Below are positions 52,881-64,000 of a stretch of DNA of 64,000 nt, one piece after another. The position numbers and the translations under genes are program-made. The first letter of the stretch is position 1, and each line of letters opens with the position of its first letter. The notes under the pieces are model-generated. The model saw nothing but the letters and a program-made list of their open reading frames with translations. It was not told the DNA's origin and searched no databases. The DNA lies in assembly GCF_009914755.1 (NCBI RefSeq), contig NC_060926.1, one strand, 5' to 3'. The DNA is from the human T2T-CHM13v2.0 reference genome, Homo sapiens.

Positions 52881-55634
52881 AAAAACAGGGTATTAATGTT
52901 ACATATAAAAGGCTTATTAAAAATCTTCGATAATGTTAACATCCAAGCAATCATAAATGACAGATGGGAATTGACCAGTAAAATTGTCCAAATGCACTTA
53001 AAATATGCAAACACATAGGAGAAAAGCAAGAGTGATAATGTCAGAGAATGGGAAACAAATTTGTATGGGAGCAAGCATAACAAAGATAGCGAAGTGTATA
53101 CAGAGACATAAAGGAAGGTTCAGAAGAACTCTGAAAAGGCTAAAGCTTGTCTTGCAAAAATGTAACTTCCAACAAAGAATTGTCCTTTTCTTTATTTCAG
53201 CAAGAAAATGATCTTACGGTGCATTGCCGGAGAAGCACGCCTAGTCATGTATGGGTTTTCGTATCAACCCAGATGATAGAACATGCCAACTGCATTTCTA
53301 CCGACAATTGCTGTATCTTGCCAGTGTTTCAAGAAATGGTTCTGGTTGCATTATGAAGGATAGGTTGGGGGTAAGAGACTGAAGGGAAGGAGATAAATTT
53401 AAAATCTGCTGAAAGTGAATAAAAGCCCAACTTAAACCAGCGAATAGAGGAATAGCAAAGCTGAGGACAGATGTGAGACAGACAATTTTGACAGAAAATA
53501 AATATTATTTTTGTTGTTGACAAGATATGAAAGGGAGGGAAAGGAAAAAGTCAAAGATAATTCCTGCGTTTGGGGCTTTAGTAAGTAAGACAATGATAAT
53601 GCTATATATAGCCAAGATTTAAAGGGATACAGTTTTAGAATATTGATATAAATTCCTTTGAAATTGTAGAACTGTTTAATTTATGAAGTATTTTATAAAC
53701 ATAATTGTTATTATGAAGTCATTATTATCTGAAATTTGTATTCAAATATCACTATTGCTATTACTACTATTCTGTTCTTGCCACATTAGAACTGTAACCA
53801 TGGTGAAGCAGGCTCCCAAGGCTTGACTTTCTCAACAGCATTTTTAAAATTTTTTGCCTATGCCTCATTGATAAAATAGCCCAAAGATCAGGAAGTGGAG
53901 AGGCCATTGGTTGGTTATTGGTTCAATTAGCTAGTTGTTTGAGTGATGGCATGTTGCCAAGACAACTCTGGATCATTTTCGATATAAATGCCAGATGTAC
54001 CTCCAGGTGGCTGTGGGTTTTCCAGCTCATCTTTCTTAGTGTTAATGCTAATAGTTGGTGTTTTCTATGGCTGGGTTGATATGAAAACCTATAGTAGATG
54101 CTCACCTCTGGCAATGTTTTCCATGGAGTTCATTGTGATAATAGTAATGTAAGATATCCTTCTCCTATGAAGTAGCTGGAAATAATAAATTGTTTTTTAT
54201 TTGTTTGTTTATTTGCTTACTTGTTTTCTTTTTCGGACAATTGTGCTTGTGAACAGGACTAATGCAAATTTATCACCATTATATCCTAGTGCCTAGTTTC
54301 ATAACTAGCATATTATTTAATGAACAAAACATGAAACCAATTGGTAGGTATGCAGATTTTCTTTAATAAATACCTTCTTTGAGCCAAATGAAACACATGT
54401 GGTATGAATAAAAAATATAAATGATTATGAAAAGAAAATATTTTCTTAAATCCACAATGTTGTTTAACACCCCAGGGAAAACTTTCTGCCCATCCAGAGA
54501 TAAGCATGAGATACACAAACATATAAAATTTACGTGTGTGTATAAATATTTTTGACACAAATACATCTATATTTTGCATACTGTTCTGTACATTAATTTT
54601 TTCACTGAGCAAATATTAGTTATTGCTCCCAATAATCCCATGGATTCATTTTATTCCTTTTGAATGGATCTAAGTATTTCATTTTAATAATGTTCCATTA
54701 TTTAACGAGGACCCTGATGTCATTTCAAGCAAAGCAACAATGAATAAGACTGGCTGTTAGTCATCGAATGCACATGAATAGCACCCCCTTGGATAGAGAA
54801 AACACCAGGTGTGTGCACTGTCTGATCTGGACCCCACAAAGCTTCCACTTCTCCGAAGATACCTGAAAGGGCCAGGTAGCACAAGCAGCACAAGCTGTGG
54901 GTGGGAGATTTAACACGTCACTGGCGGAGCCTTTGTCCAAGGAGGCAGGAAATGAGAAAAAGCCAAAGGAAACAAAAAGTACTCTCAATATATAAAGAAC
55001 TCCTCTAAATCTATTTTTTAAAGGCAAAATCAAATAGAAAATCGCCAAAAGCCTTAAACAGACACTTCAAAATAGTCAATATCCAACAGGAAATGAAAAT
55101 TAAAATCATAAAGTACTACCACTAAGAAGCAATCAGAATGGATAAATTAAAACAGAAAATACCAAGTGATATTGACTAAGAGAAATTAGAAACACGACTA
55201 TTCCAGAGCTGGTGATGGTAACTAATAAGTTGAGTCTGTAATATTTTCTTTGTCCAAAAAGGAAACAATATATTTTTAAAAAATTGATGACAGTATGAAA
55301 AAGGACAGAATGCCAATTTGAATGGAATTTTACTCACTGAATCTTAGTCGATGAGACTATCTAAATAAATAATCATATCAATGGATTATACTCCTCTGAA
55401 TAAAATCATTTAGACTATTTAACTCCATGCAAGGGGGGCGAGAGATGATCTGCCTGGTCTCTGGGAATGGAGGCTATACTTGAGAGGTGGACAGTCACTT
55501 CTGCTAGAACAGACAGTTTAGAGGAATCTGTGAGCTGCAGGTTTCATCCAAATATTCCTATTTTAGAGCTCTTCTTCTTTCCAGTGAGGATCTTTGCTTT
55601 GTGCAGGACAAATGTAAGAGCTGTGAACCTAGCC

Positions 55635-56448
55635 TGTAGTGAGTTAAATTTTGTCTCCATAAAAATATGCCCGTGTCCATGCATGGAGCAGGAGGCCATT
55701 TTCCTTAGCAAAGTAACACAGGAACAGAACCAAACACTGCATATTCTCACTTATAAGTGGGAGCTAAATGATGAGGACACAGACACAAGAAAGGAACAAC
55801 ACACACTGGGACCTACCAGAGGGTGGAGGGTGGGAGGAGGAAGAGAATCAGGAAAAATAGCTAATGGGTACTAGGCTTAATACTTGGGTGATGAAATAAT
55901 CCATACAACAAACCTCCATGACACAAGTTTGCCTATGTAACAAATCTGCACATTACCCCTGCACTTAAAAGTAAAAAAAAAAAAAAAAAAAAAAAGACCA
56001 ACCCAACTTTACCCCAACTACTTTCCGACCCAAAGCCTGTTAAACTAGACTCCTGGTCAAAAAAAAAAAAAAAAGAAAGAAAGAAATGCCCATGTTCTAC
56101 CAAGCCTGTGAATGTAACATTGTTTGGAAAAAAATAAGTCTATGCAGGTGTAATTAAGTTAAGGATCTTAAGATGAGATCATCATAGATTGTCCAGGTGG
56201 GTCTTAAATCCAATAACAAGTGTTTTTATAAGAGACATAGAAGAGAAGAGAAGGTCATATGAAGGCAGAGGCGGAGACTGGAGTGAGCAACCACAGCCAA
56301 GCAGTGCCACAACCATCAGACACTGGGCCAGGCAGGGAAGGAAGCTGTCCCACAACCTCTGGAGGAAGCGGGACCTAGCCCTACAGACTACTTAATTTGA
56401 ATGCTGGCTTCCAGAACTGCCAGATAATAAATGTGTTTATTATAAGCA
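55635..56448 (+). mobile_element. MLT1B/C-like MaLR LTR split by an L1 insertion
   Basis: TGTAGTGAGTTAAATTTTGTCTCC; resumes CCTGTGAATGTAACATTGTTTGGAAA..GTAATTAAGTTAAGGATCTTAAGATGAGATCATC..CCAGAACTGCCAGATAATAAATG. Confidence 0.85.
55679..56080 (+). mobile_element. 5'-truncated L1PA15/16-like insertion with a 63-bp 3'-transduced segment and second A tail
   Basis: L1 3' end (TTCTCACTTATAAGTGGGAGCTAAATGATGAG..), A tail to 55995, non-L1 sequence 55996-56058, second A tail; degenerate TSD ATGCCCGTGTCC / ATGCCCATGTTC. Confidence 0.88.
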
Positions 56449-56559
56449 GAAATACAAATCCATTGAATAAAATATGAAAACACATGCATCCATAGCGCTC
56501 TACATAAATAAATCAATAAATTATAGAATAAATTATACTTAAAGATATTTCCACAGGAT

Positions 56560-57560
56560 AGGATAAGAAAATATTAAAATCAGATCATTCTATTGATTTG
56601 TTTTAAAAGTAATATAGAATTTGATCAACAGAATAAAGTCACCCTATGTCTTTATGAGAGCAATGAAATAATGCATTGAAAACCGAGTAAGAAAATCACT
56701 AGAAAAAAATACAGGCCAATTATTCTTATTAACATAAATAAAATATCCTAAATAAATATTAGGTATAAGAGTTAACTGTGAAGGTTTATCTCATGAATAC
56801 AAGGTTAGTTCAACTAATATAAATCTAACAATATAATTCACCATAGTAAAACAATTACAGGAAAACTAACAGGTGCTTATTTCAATAGATAAAAATGAAA
56901 GCATCTAATAAAAGCCTATGTCTATCTATGATTGTAAAAAGATCTTAAGAAGGAATTTAACCCACTGATAATATGTACACATCTAAAAGCTACAGGAAGC
57001 ATACTTAATCATAAATTTCATAAGCAGTTGATTTAAAGCAATAAATATCACTGCTCACTATTATTGTTTAACATAACTAGCCATATTTGATAATATAATA
57101 AGAAAGAAAATATAAGTACATTGTATAAATACAGAAAGTGGCAAGACTAAATTTGAATTTGGTAGAATTTTTTACTTGATATAATTATTTAAAACCAGAA
57201 GATTTAATTTATAAGCTAGTAGAACATGACAGAGTGCCTAGCAATTTGTCAGCTAGTGTTTCTTAACATAGTAAAGATGTTCTCACAAAGCTAAATTCTT
57301 TTCAATGCAATGACTACCAAATTCCCAAGAGACCTAACATCTTGATTCTAAAATGTATTTAAAATAATACATTCCCTCAAATATTGTTACATCTGTGTAG
57401 GGAAATAAAAATAGACATAAAAATAATAGGGAACAGAATGTGTTTCATACATATCTAAGGTATTTATATGTGATAAAATAGCTTCACAAATCTGTGGAGA
57501 GAGGGAGTATTATTTGATAAATAGTTGTAGACAATTTGGATTACCATTGTGATTTTTTTT
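56560..57560 (+). mobile_element. Ancient L1 ORF2 fragments
   Basis: TACAGGCCAATTATTCTTATTAACATA, GGTTTATCTCATGAATACAAGGTTAGTTCAAC, TTTCAATAGAT..AAAGCATCTAATAAAA (RT-region motifs). Confidence 0.75.
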
Positions 57561-57618
57561 TTTGTGTGCTACACAAGAGATATTTCTGGCTTTCCATCTA
57601 GACCTATAGAAAGATTAT

Positions 57619-57664
57619 ATTGAAAGTAATGGCAAAAACTGCAATTACTTTTGCACCAACCTAA
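57619..57664. mobile_element. Half MADE1 / solo Hsmar1 TIR
   Basis: AAAGTAATGGCAAAAACTGCAATTACTTTTGCACCAACCTAA is one mariner Hsmar1 TIR plus spacer; the partner TIR is absent. Confidence 0.92.
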
Positions 57665-58489
57665 ATTTCCACCTTGAATTTAGGATTGATCATTTAACTT
57701 GCCTTGTCCAATGCATTCCTGAATCAGTTATTTGTCAGAGACATGAAATATTCTGAGAATTTCTGGATCTCATGCCCACTCTGAAGCCAGGGGCTGAAGC
57801 AAGCCTCATTTGAATCAATGATGCAGCCAGTGAGGAGAGGGAGATTCACTGATGTTAGGCTATAGAGAGTGTTTAAAACAGAGCTCATGTCTAATACATT
57901 GTCCACTCATCCAGAGAGTTCATAATTAACTCTGAATTTGCCCAGGTGTGACCTTGTTGAACTGTTTTTAACCAACAGATTGTATTAATGAACATCGGAA
58001 AAAGCTGTATGAAATTTAAGGTTATATTTACTAGAAAGATGTTATGATGTAACAGTACAATACATTCAACAATGACTTCTTTTTGAGAATTTATAGGAAA
58101 TATTCAGCTTTCAGCTCTAGGAAGAAATGTGCTTCTCTTGAGAAACTAACTCACGTTTGGACTGCCAACTCTGATTAGCATACTTTTTGTACTTTGGCTA
58201 GCAGAATTCTTACAGCCAAACTTGTGGTCTTTAAAGTATGTATACCAGACCTTCAGAAATGCATTTCTATTTCTTTGTTTACATTTTACTTTTGAAATTT
58301 TTTTAGCCTCATTTTTCTAACATAACAGAACAACGTATGAATTTGTCTAATTTTTAAAAAATTGCTTCTGGAAAAGACAAGGTTATAGATTAATATGCAA
58401 TAATAGATAATATTATTATTTATGCATACTTGTGTTCTAGGAGCAAAAAAGATGGTTTTTTTTTTTTTCTAGAAACTGTCCTCAGAGCT

Positions 58490-58604
58490 CAGTCAAGGGC
58501 TATCAATCTCATCATTACACATGTGAAACAATCAACGCACAAAGATCAGGAAATTGTTCAAGGTCACAAGCTTCTAAATGGTAGAGCTGAGTTATGAGTT
58601 CATA
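58490..58604 (-). mobile_element. MIR fragment cut by Tigger1
   Basis: CATTACACATGTGAAACAA..TTGTTCAAGGTCACAAGCTTCTAAATGGTAGAGCTGAG. Confidence 0.65.
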
Positions 58605-59560
58605 TACAGCCGTACCCCAAAGATGTCACACATTTAGTTCCAGACAACCATAATAAAATAAATATAGCCATAAAGCAAGCTGTGTAAAATTTTTGGTTTC
58701 ATAGTATACATAAAAGTTATATTTATGCTATACTCTAGTTTATTAAGTATGCAATAGCATTATGTCTAAAAACAAATGTACATACCTTAATTGAAAAATA
58801 CTTTATTGCTAAAAATGCTAATAATCCTCTGAGCCTTCAGGAAGTCATAAAATATTTTCGCATGTGGAGGTTCTTGCCTTGGTGCTGATGGCTGCTGACT
58901 GATCAGGATAGTGGGTATTAAAGGGTGGGGTGTCTGTGGCAATTTCTTAAAATAAGATGACAAAAAGTTTTCTGCATCAACGGACTCTTTCTTTCACAAA
59001 AGATTTTCTGTAGCACATGATGGTGTTTACTTGCATTTTACTCAACAGTAGAACGTCTTTCAAATTTTGAGGCAATTATCCAAAAACCTACTGCTGCTTA
59101 ATCAACCAAGTTTATAAAATACCCTAAATCTTTTATTGTCATTTCAACAATGTACATGACATCTTCATTAGGAATAAATTCCATCTCAAGAAACCACTTT
59201 CTTTGCTCATTGATAATAAGCAGCTCCTCACTGATTGAAATTTAATCATGGAATTATAGCAATTAAGTCATACCTTCAGGATCCACTTCAAATTCTAGTT
59301 CTCTCACTATTTTCACTACATCTGCAGAGACTTCCTCCACTGAAGTCCTGAGCCCACTAAAGTCATTCATGACAGTTGGAATCAACTTCTTCCAAACTCC
59401 TATTATTGTTGTTATTTTGACCTTTTTTCATGAATTACTATTGTTTTTAATGGCATCTAAGATGATGAATCCTTTCCAGAAAGTTTTTAGTTTCCTTTGC
59501 CAACATCCATCAGAGGCATCACTACCTGTGGAATCCATAGTCTTATGAAATATATTTTTT

Positions 59561-60774
59561 TAATTAATTAATTTATTTTTATTATTATACTTTAAGTTTT
59601 AGGGTACATGTGCACAATGTGCAGGTTTGTTACATACGTATACACGTGCCATGTTCATGTGCTGCACCCATTAACTCATCATTTAGCATTAAGTATATCT
59701 CCTAATGCTATCCCTCCCTCCTCCCCCCACCCCACAACCGTCCCCAGTGTGTGATGTTCCCCTTCCTGTGTCCATGTGTTCTCATTGTTCAGTTCCCACC
59801 TATGAGTGAGAACATGCGGTGTTTGGTTTTTTGTCCTTGCGATAGTTTGCTGAGAATGATGGTTTCCAGCTTCATCCATGTCCCTAAAAAGGACATGAAC
59901 TCATCATTTGTTATGGCTGCACAGTATTCCATGGTGTATATGTGCCACATTTTCTTAATCCAGTCTATCATTGTTGGACATTTGGGTTGGTTCCAAGTCT
60001 TTGCTATTGTGAATAGTGCCTCAATAAACATATGTGTGCATGTGTCTTTATAGCAGCATGATTTATAATCCTTTGGGTATATACCCACTAATGGGATGGC
60101 TGGGTCAAATGGTATTTCTAGCTCTAGATCCCTGAGGAATCACCACACCGACTTCCACAATGATTAAACTAGTTTACAGTCCCACCAACATTGTAAAAGT
60201 GTTCCTATTTCTCCACATCCTCTCCAGCACCTGTTATTTCCTGACTTTTTAACTGGTCATTCTAACTGGTTCTAATCTAACTGGTGTGAGATGGTATCGC
60301 CATTCTAACTGGTGTAAGATGGTATCTCATTGTGGCTTTGATTTGCATTTCTCTGATGGCCAGTGATGATGAGCATTTTTTCCTGTGTTTTTTGGCTGCA
60401 TAAATGTCTTCTTTTGAGAAGTGTCTGTTCATATCCTTCACCCACTTTTTGATGGGGTTGTTTGTTTTTTTCTTGTAAATTTGTTTGAGTTCATTGTAGA
60501 TTCTGGATATTAGCCCTTTGTCAGATGAGTAGGTTGCAAAAATTTTCTCCCATTCTGTAGGTTGCCTGTTCACTCTGATGGTGGTTTCTTTTGCTGTGCA
60601 GAAGCTCCTTAGTTTAATTAGATCCGATTTGTCAATTTTGGCTTTTGTTGGCATTGCTTTTGGTGTTTTAGACATGAAGTCCTTGCTCATGCCTATGTCC
60701 TGAATGGTATTGCCTAGGTTTTCTTCTAGGGTTTTTATGGTTTTAGGTCTAACATGTAAGTCTTTAATCCATCT
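59561..60774 (-). mobile_element. Young 5'-truncated L1PA (about PA3-4), ~1.2 kb
   Basis: ORF2 C-terminus in ORFs 60277-60822 and 59789-60088 (..KHRMFSLIGGN); TSD TGAAATATATTTTTT (59546-60) / TGAAATACATTTCTT (60775-89). Confidence 0.97.
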
Positions 60775-61135
60775 TGAAATACATTTCTTAAATAGTACGA
60801 CTTGGAAGTCAAAGTTAATCATTAATCTATGGGCTACAGAATGGATGCTGTATTAGTATGCATGAAAACAACATTAATATCCTCATACATTTCTAAATGA
60901 GCTCTTGGGTTACTCGGTATAGTGTCAGTAAGCAGAAATATTTTGGAAGGAACTTTTTTTGAGAAGTAGGTCTCAAGAGTGGGCTTACAGTATTTGGTAA
61001 ACCATGCTATAAACAGATGTACTGTCATCAAGGCTTATTGTTCCATTTATAGAGCATAGGCAAAGTAGATATAGGATTTTAGGAGTGGTAAATGAGCATC
61101 TACTTCAAATTAAAGTCACCAACTGCATTAGTCCC

Positions 61136-61494
61136 TGTATTAGTCTGTTCCAATGCTGCTAATAAAGACATATCTGAGACTGGTATTTTATAAAGAAAAC
61201 AGGTTTAATGGACTCACAGTTTCACATGGCTGGGGAGGCCTTACAATATGAAGGAAGGCAAATGAGGAGCAAAGTCACGTTTTGCATGGTGGCAGGCAAG
61301 AGAGCTTGAACAGGGTAACTGCTTTTTATAAAACCATCGGATCTCATGAGACTTATTCACTATCATGAGAACAACATGGGAAAGACCCACCCCATGAGTC
61401 CATTATCTTTCACTAGCTCCCTCCCATAACGTGGGAATTATGGGAGCTACAATTCAAGATGAGATCTGGGTGGGGACACAGCCAAACTGTATCA
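61136..61494 (-). mobile_element. THE1C-like solo LTR inside Tigger1
   Basis: TGTATTAG...TATCA termini; perfect TSD GTCCC. Confidence 0.95.
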
Positions 61495-61517
61495 GTCCCT
61501 AACAAGAGAGTCAGCCT

Positions 61518-62468
61518 TCTTTTTATCTTTTTTTTTTTTCCCAACTTTTAAGTTCAGGGATACGTGTGGAGGATGTGCAGGTTTGTTACATAAGTAAATG
61601 TGTGCCATAATGGTTTCCTGTACAGAGCCTTCCATTACCTAGGTATTAAGCCCAGCATCAATTAGCTATTCCTCTTAATACTCTCCCTTCTCCCAACCCC
61701 CCTTCAACAGGCCCCAGTGTGTTTTGTTCCCCCTGATATGTTCATGTGTTCTCATTACTCAGCTCCCACTTATAAGTGAGAACATGTGGTATTTGCTTTT
61801 CCATTCCTGCATTAGTATGCTGAGGATAATGTCTTCCAACTCCATCCATGTCCCTGAAAAGGACAGGATCTCATTCCTTTTTTTGGCTGAATAGTACTCC
61901 ATGGTGTGAACATACGTTTTCTTTATTCAGTCTGTCATTGATGGGCATTTAGGTTGATTCCATGTCTTTGCTATTGTCTCTGCAATGAACATACACATGC
62001 ATGTATCTTTGTAATAGAATGATTTATATTCCTTTGGGTATTGTATTAGTCCAATTTTATGCTGCTGATAAAGACATACCTCAGACTGGGCAATTTACAA
62101 AAGGAAGAGTTTTATTGGACTTACAGTTTCCACATGGCTGGGGAGGCCTCACAATCATGGCAAAAGGCAAAGAGGAGCAAGTCACATCTTACGTGGATGA
62201 CGGCAAGCAAAGAAAACTTGTGCAGGGAAACTTGCATTTTTAAAACCATCAGATCTCATGAGATTCATTCACTATCATGAGAACAGCATAGAGAAGACCA
62301 CCCATCCCATGATTCAGTCATCTCTCACTGGGTCCCTCCCACAAGATGTAGGAATTATGGGAGCTACAAGATGAGATTTGGGCGGGGACACAGAGCCAAG
62401 GCATATCAGGTATATTCCCAGTAATAGGACTGCTGGGTCGAATGGTATTGCTGCCTCTAGGTCTTTTA
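61518..62468 (-). mobile_element. Older L1PA (about PA13-14) 3' fragment inside Tigger1
   Basis: T tail, TTTTAAGTTCAGGGATAC..CCTAGGTATTAAGCCCAGCATC..GCTCCCACTTATAAGTGAGAACATG; resumes CCCAGTAATAGGACTGCTGGGTCGAATGGTA after the THE1B LTR. Confidence 0.92.
62042..62408 (-). mobile_element. THE1B solo LTR inside L1PA
   Basis: TGTATTAG...CATATCA termini; perfect TSD GGTAT. Confidence 0.95.
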
Positions 62469-63662
62469 ACTTCCAGCAGTTTCTACATCAACACCTGCTG
62501 CTTCACCTTGCACTTTTATGTTATACAGACATCTTCTTTCTTTAAACTCCGTGAACTTCCAACTTTTCTTCTTCAGCTTTTTCACATCTCTCGGCCTTCA
62601 TAGACTTGAAGGGAGTTAGGACATGGCTCTAGATTAGGCTTTGGCTTAAGAGAATGTTGTGGCTGCTTTGGCCTATCCAGACCACAAAACATTCCTCATA
62701 TCAGTAATATAAGCTGTTTTACTTTCTTATTATTTGTGTATTTACTGGAGGAGCATTTTCAATTTCCTTTAAGAAATTTTCCTTTATATTCATAACTTGG
62801 CTAAATATTTGGCATAAAAGAGACTTAGCTTTTAACTTACTTCAGCTTTTGATATGCCTTTCTCACTGGCTTAATCATTCTTAGCTTTTGATTTGAAGTA
62901 AAAGACGGGGGGGGCTCTTCCTTTCTATTGAACACTTAGAGGCCATTATGAGTCTATTATCTGTCCTAATTTCAATCTTGCTGTGTTTCATGTAATAGGG
63001 ACGTCCAAAGAAAGAGAGAGATACAAAGAAATGGCAAGTCAGTAGATTGGTCAGAACACACAGAATTTATTGATTATGTTCACCATCTTAAGTGGTGTCC
63101 CTAAACAATTACAATACTAACATCCACCAAGATCACTGATCGCAGGTCACTCTAACAGATAAAATAATAATGAAAAATGCTTAAATTGAAATAATTAGCA
63201 AAATGAGATGCAGAGGCATGAAGTGAGCACATGCTGTTGGGAAAGCAGTGCTGATAGAGTTTCTGAACACAAGATTGCCACAGAACTTCAATTTGTAAAA
63301 AACACAGTATCTTAAAAGTTCAGCAAAGTGAAGCACAAATGAGGTATGCCTGTACTCTTACTCTGAGATTAACCACTTCACTCTGTTACCTCTTTGAGTG
63401 CTGCATACCTCACAGGTGTTTTATAATTGTGTTCTCAGCTCATAAATTGGCATTCCATAATACCTCATCAGCTCATAAATTTATACAGTTTGTAAAGCTA
63501 CTGGGCATAACATTCTGGTGGATTAAAACAAAATAGACACAATCATCTCCCATTTAAAAAATATTAGAGTAGAAAAAATTGAACATGTTATAATTAACTA
63601 TAATATAAAATTTGCATAATAATTATGTCATTTGCAAGGCTCATATAGAGAACTATTGATGC

Positions 63663-63694
63663 TGTGTGTAGTTGTGTGTGTGTGTGTGTGTGTG
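63663..63694. repeat. (TG)n microsatellite
   Basis: Directly visible. Confidence 0.93.
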
Positions 63695-64000
63695 CATATG
63701 CATATGTTGGGGATATTTTGATTGCTTCTTGATGTTATCTATGCAAATGATCTTACTGAGGTTTCTAAAATGAAAAAGAAAGTTTCAATATGAGTAATAT
63801 TAATTTGCATTCCTCTCTGTCCCCACTTTGCCCTATCCTCCTAGTTGGAATTCATAAATGTTTACAAAAATAGATACTTATGGATGGTTCACTATGTACT
63901 AGCTGTGGTCACTTGCTATGTATCACACATATCACCTCATTTATCTCTCCCAAAATTCTTGTAGCAGCTTCATTTGTAAATAAAGGCTTCTAATATTTTA

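Larger units (their letters stand above)
58607..63352 (-). mobile_element. Tigger1 with both ends, carrying four nested insertions
   Basis: TA|CAGCCGTACC.. and ..GAGGTATGCCTG|TA termini; ORF 60834-61031 (HLFIAWFTKYCKPTLETY..EMYEDINVVFM); reverse-complement homology to 33867-36159. Confidence 0.95.

Noticed and set aside
54778-54797. CTCF-like TAGCACCCCCTTGGATAG
   Set aside because: Lacks the conserved GTGG half of the core.
55996-56058. NUMT suggested by C-rich, G-poor composition
   Set aside because: No match to mitochondrial sequence that I can recognise; the double A-tail structure fits L1 transduction.
59789-60822. L1 ORF2 peptides as a functional CDS
   Set aside because: 5'-truncated 1.2-kb copy without promoter or RT, and frameshifted.

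Overview
This is AT-rich, CpG-depleted primate genomic DNA. Alus, THE1/MST elements and young L1PA copies point to a simian, probably human or another ape; species and locus cannot be fixed from sequence alone. It reads as gene-poor intergenic or deep-intronic sequence dominated by transposable elements: three two-LTR MaLR elements (THE1D/MSTA-type, cut by the window start; MSTA; THE1B), several solo LTRs, two inverted Tigger1 copies, Tigger3, MER44A, MER81, a half-MADE1, a degenerate piggyBac transposase, L1/HAL1/L2/MIR fossils, Alus and microsatellites. No protein-coding gene, RNA gene or CRISPR array is supported; every recognisable ORF in the track is TE-derived. I found no convincing new biological system. 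The best leads are: an identical 21-bp in-frame deletion in both Tigger1 transposases; an L1 3' transduction; a templated patchwork insertion in a young L1; an ERVL-like LTR present in three local copies, one flanked by both PPT-like and PBS-like signals; a piggyBac fossil with a hairpin cluster; an intact DUX4 motif in a THE1D LTR; and a CTCF-like motif inside a hairpin. Subfamily names come from recalled consensus sequences and need RepeatMasker/Dfam confirmation. Boundaries of old elements are approximate.
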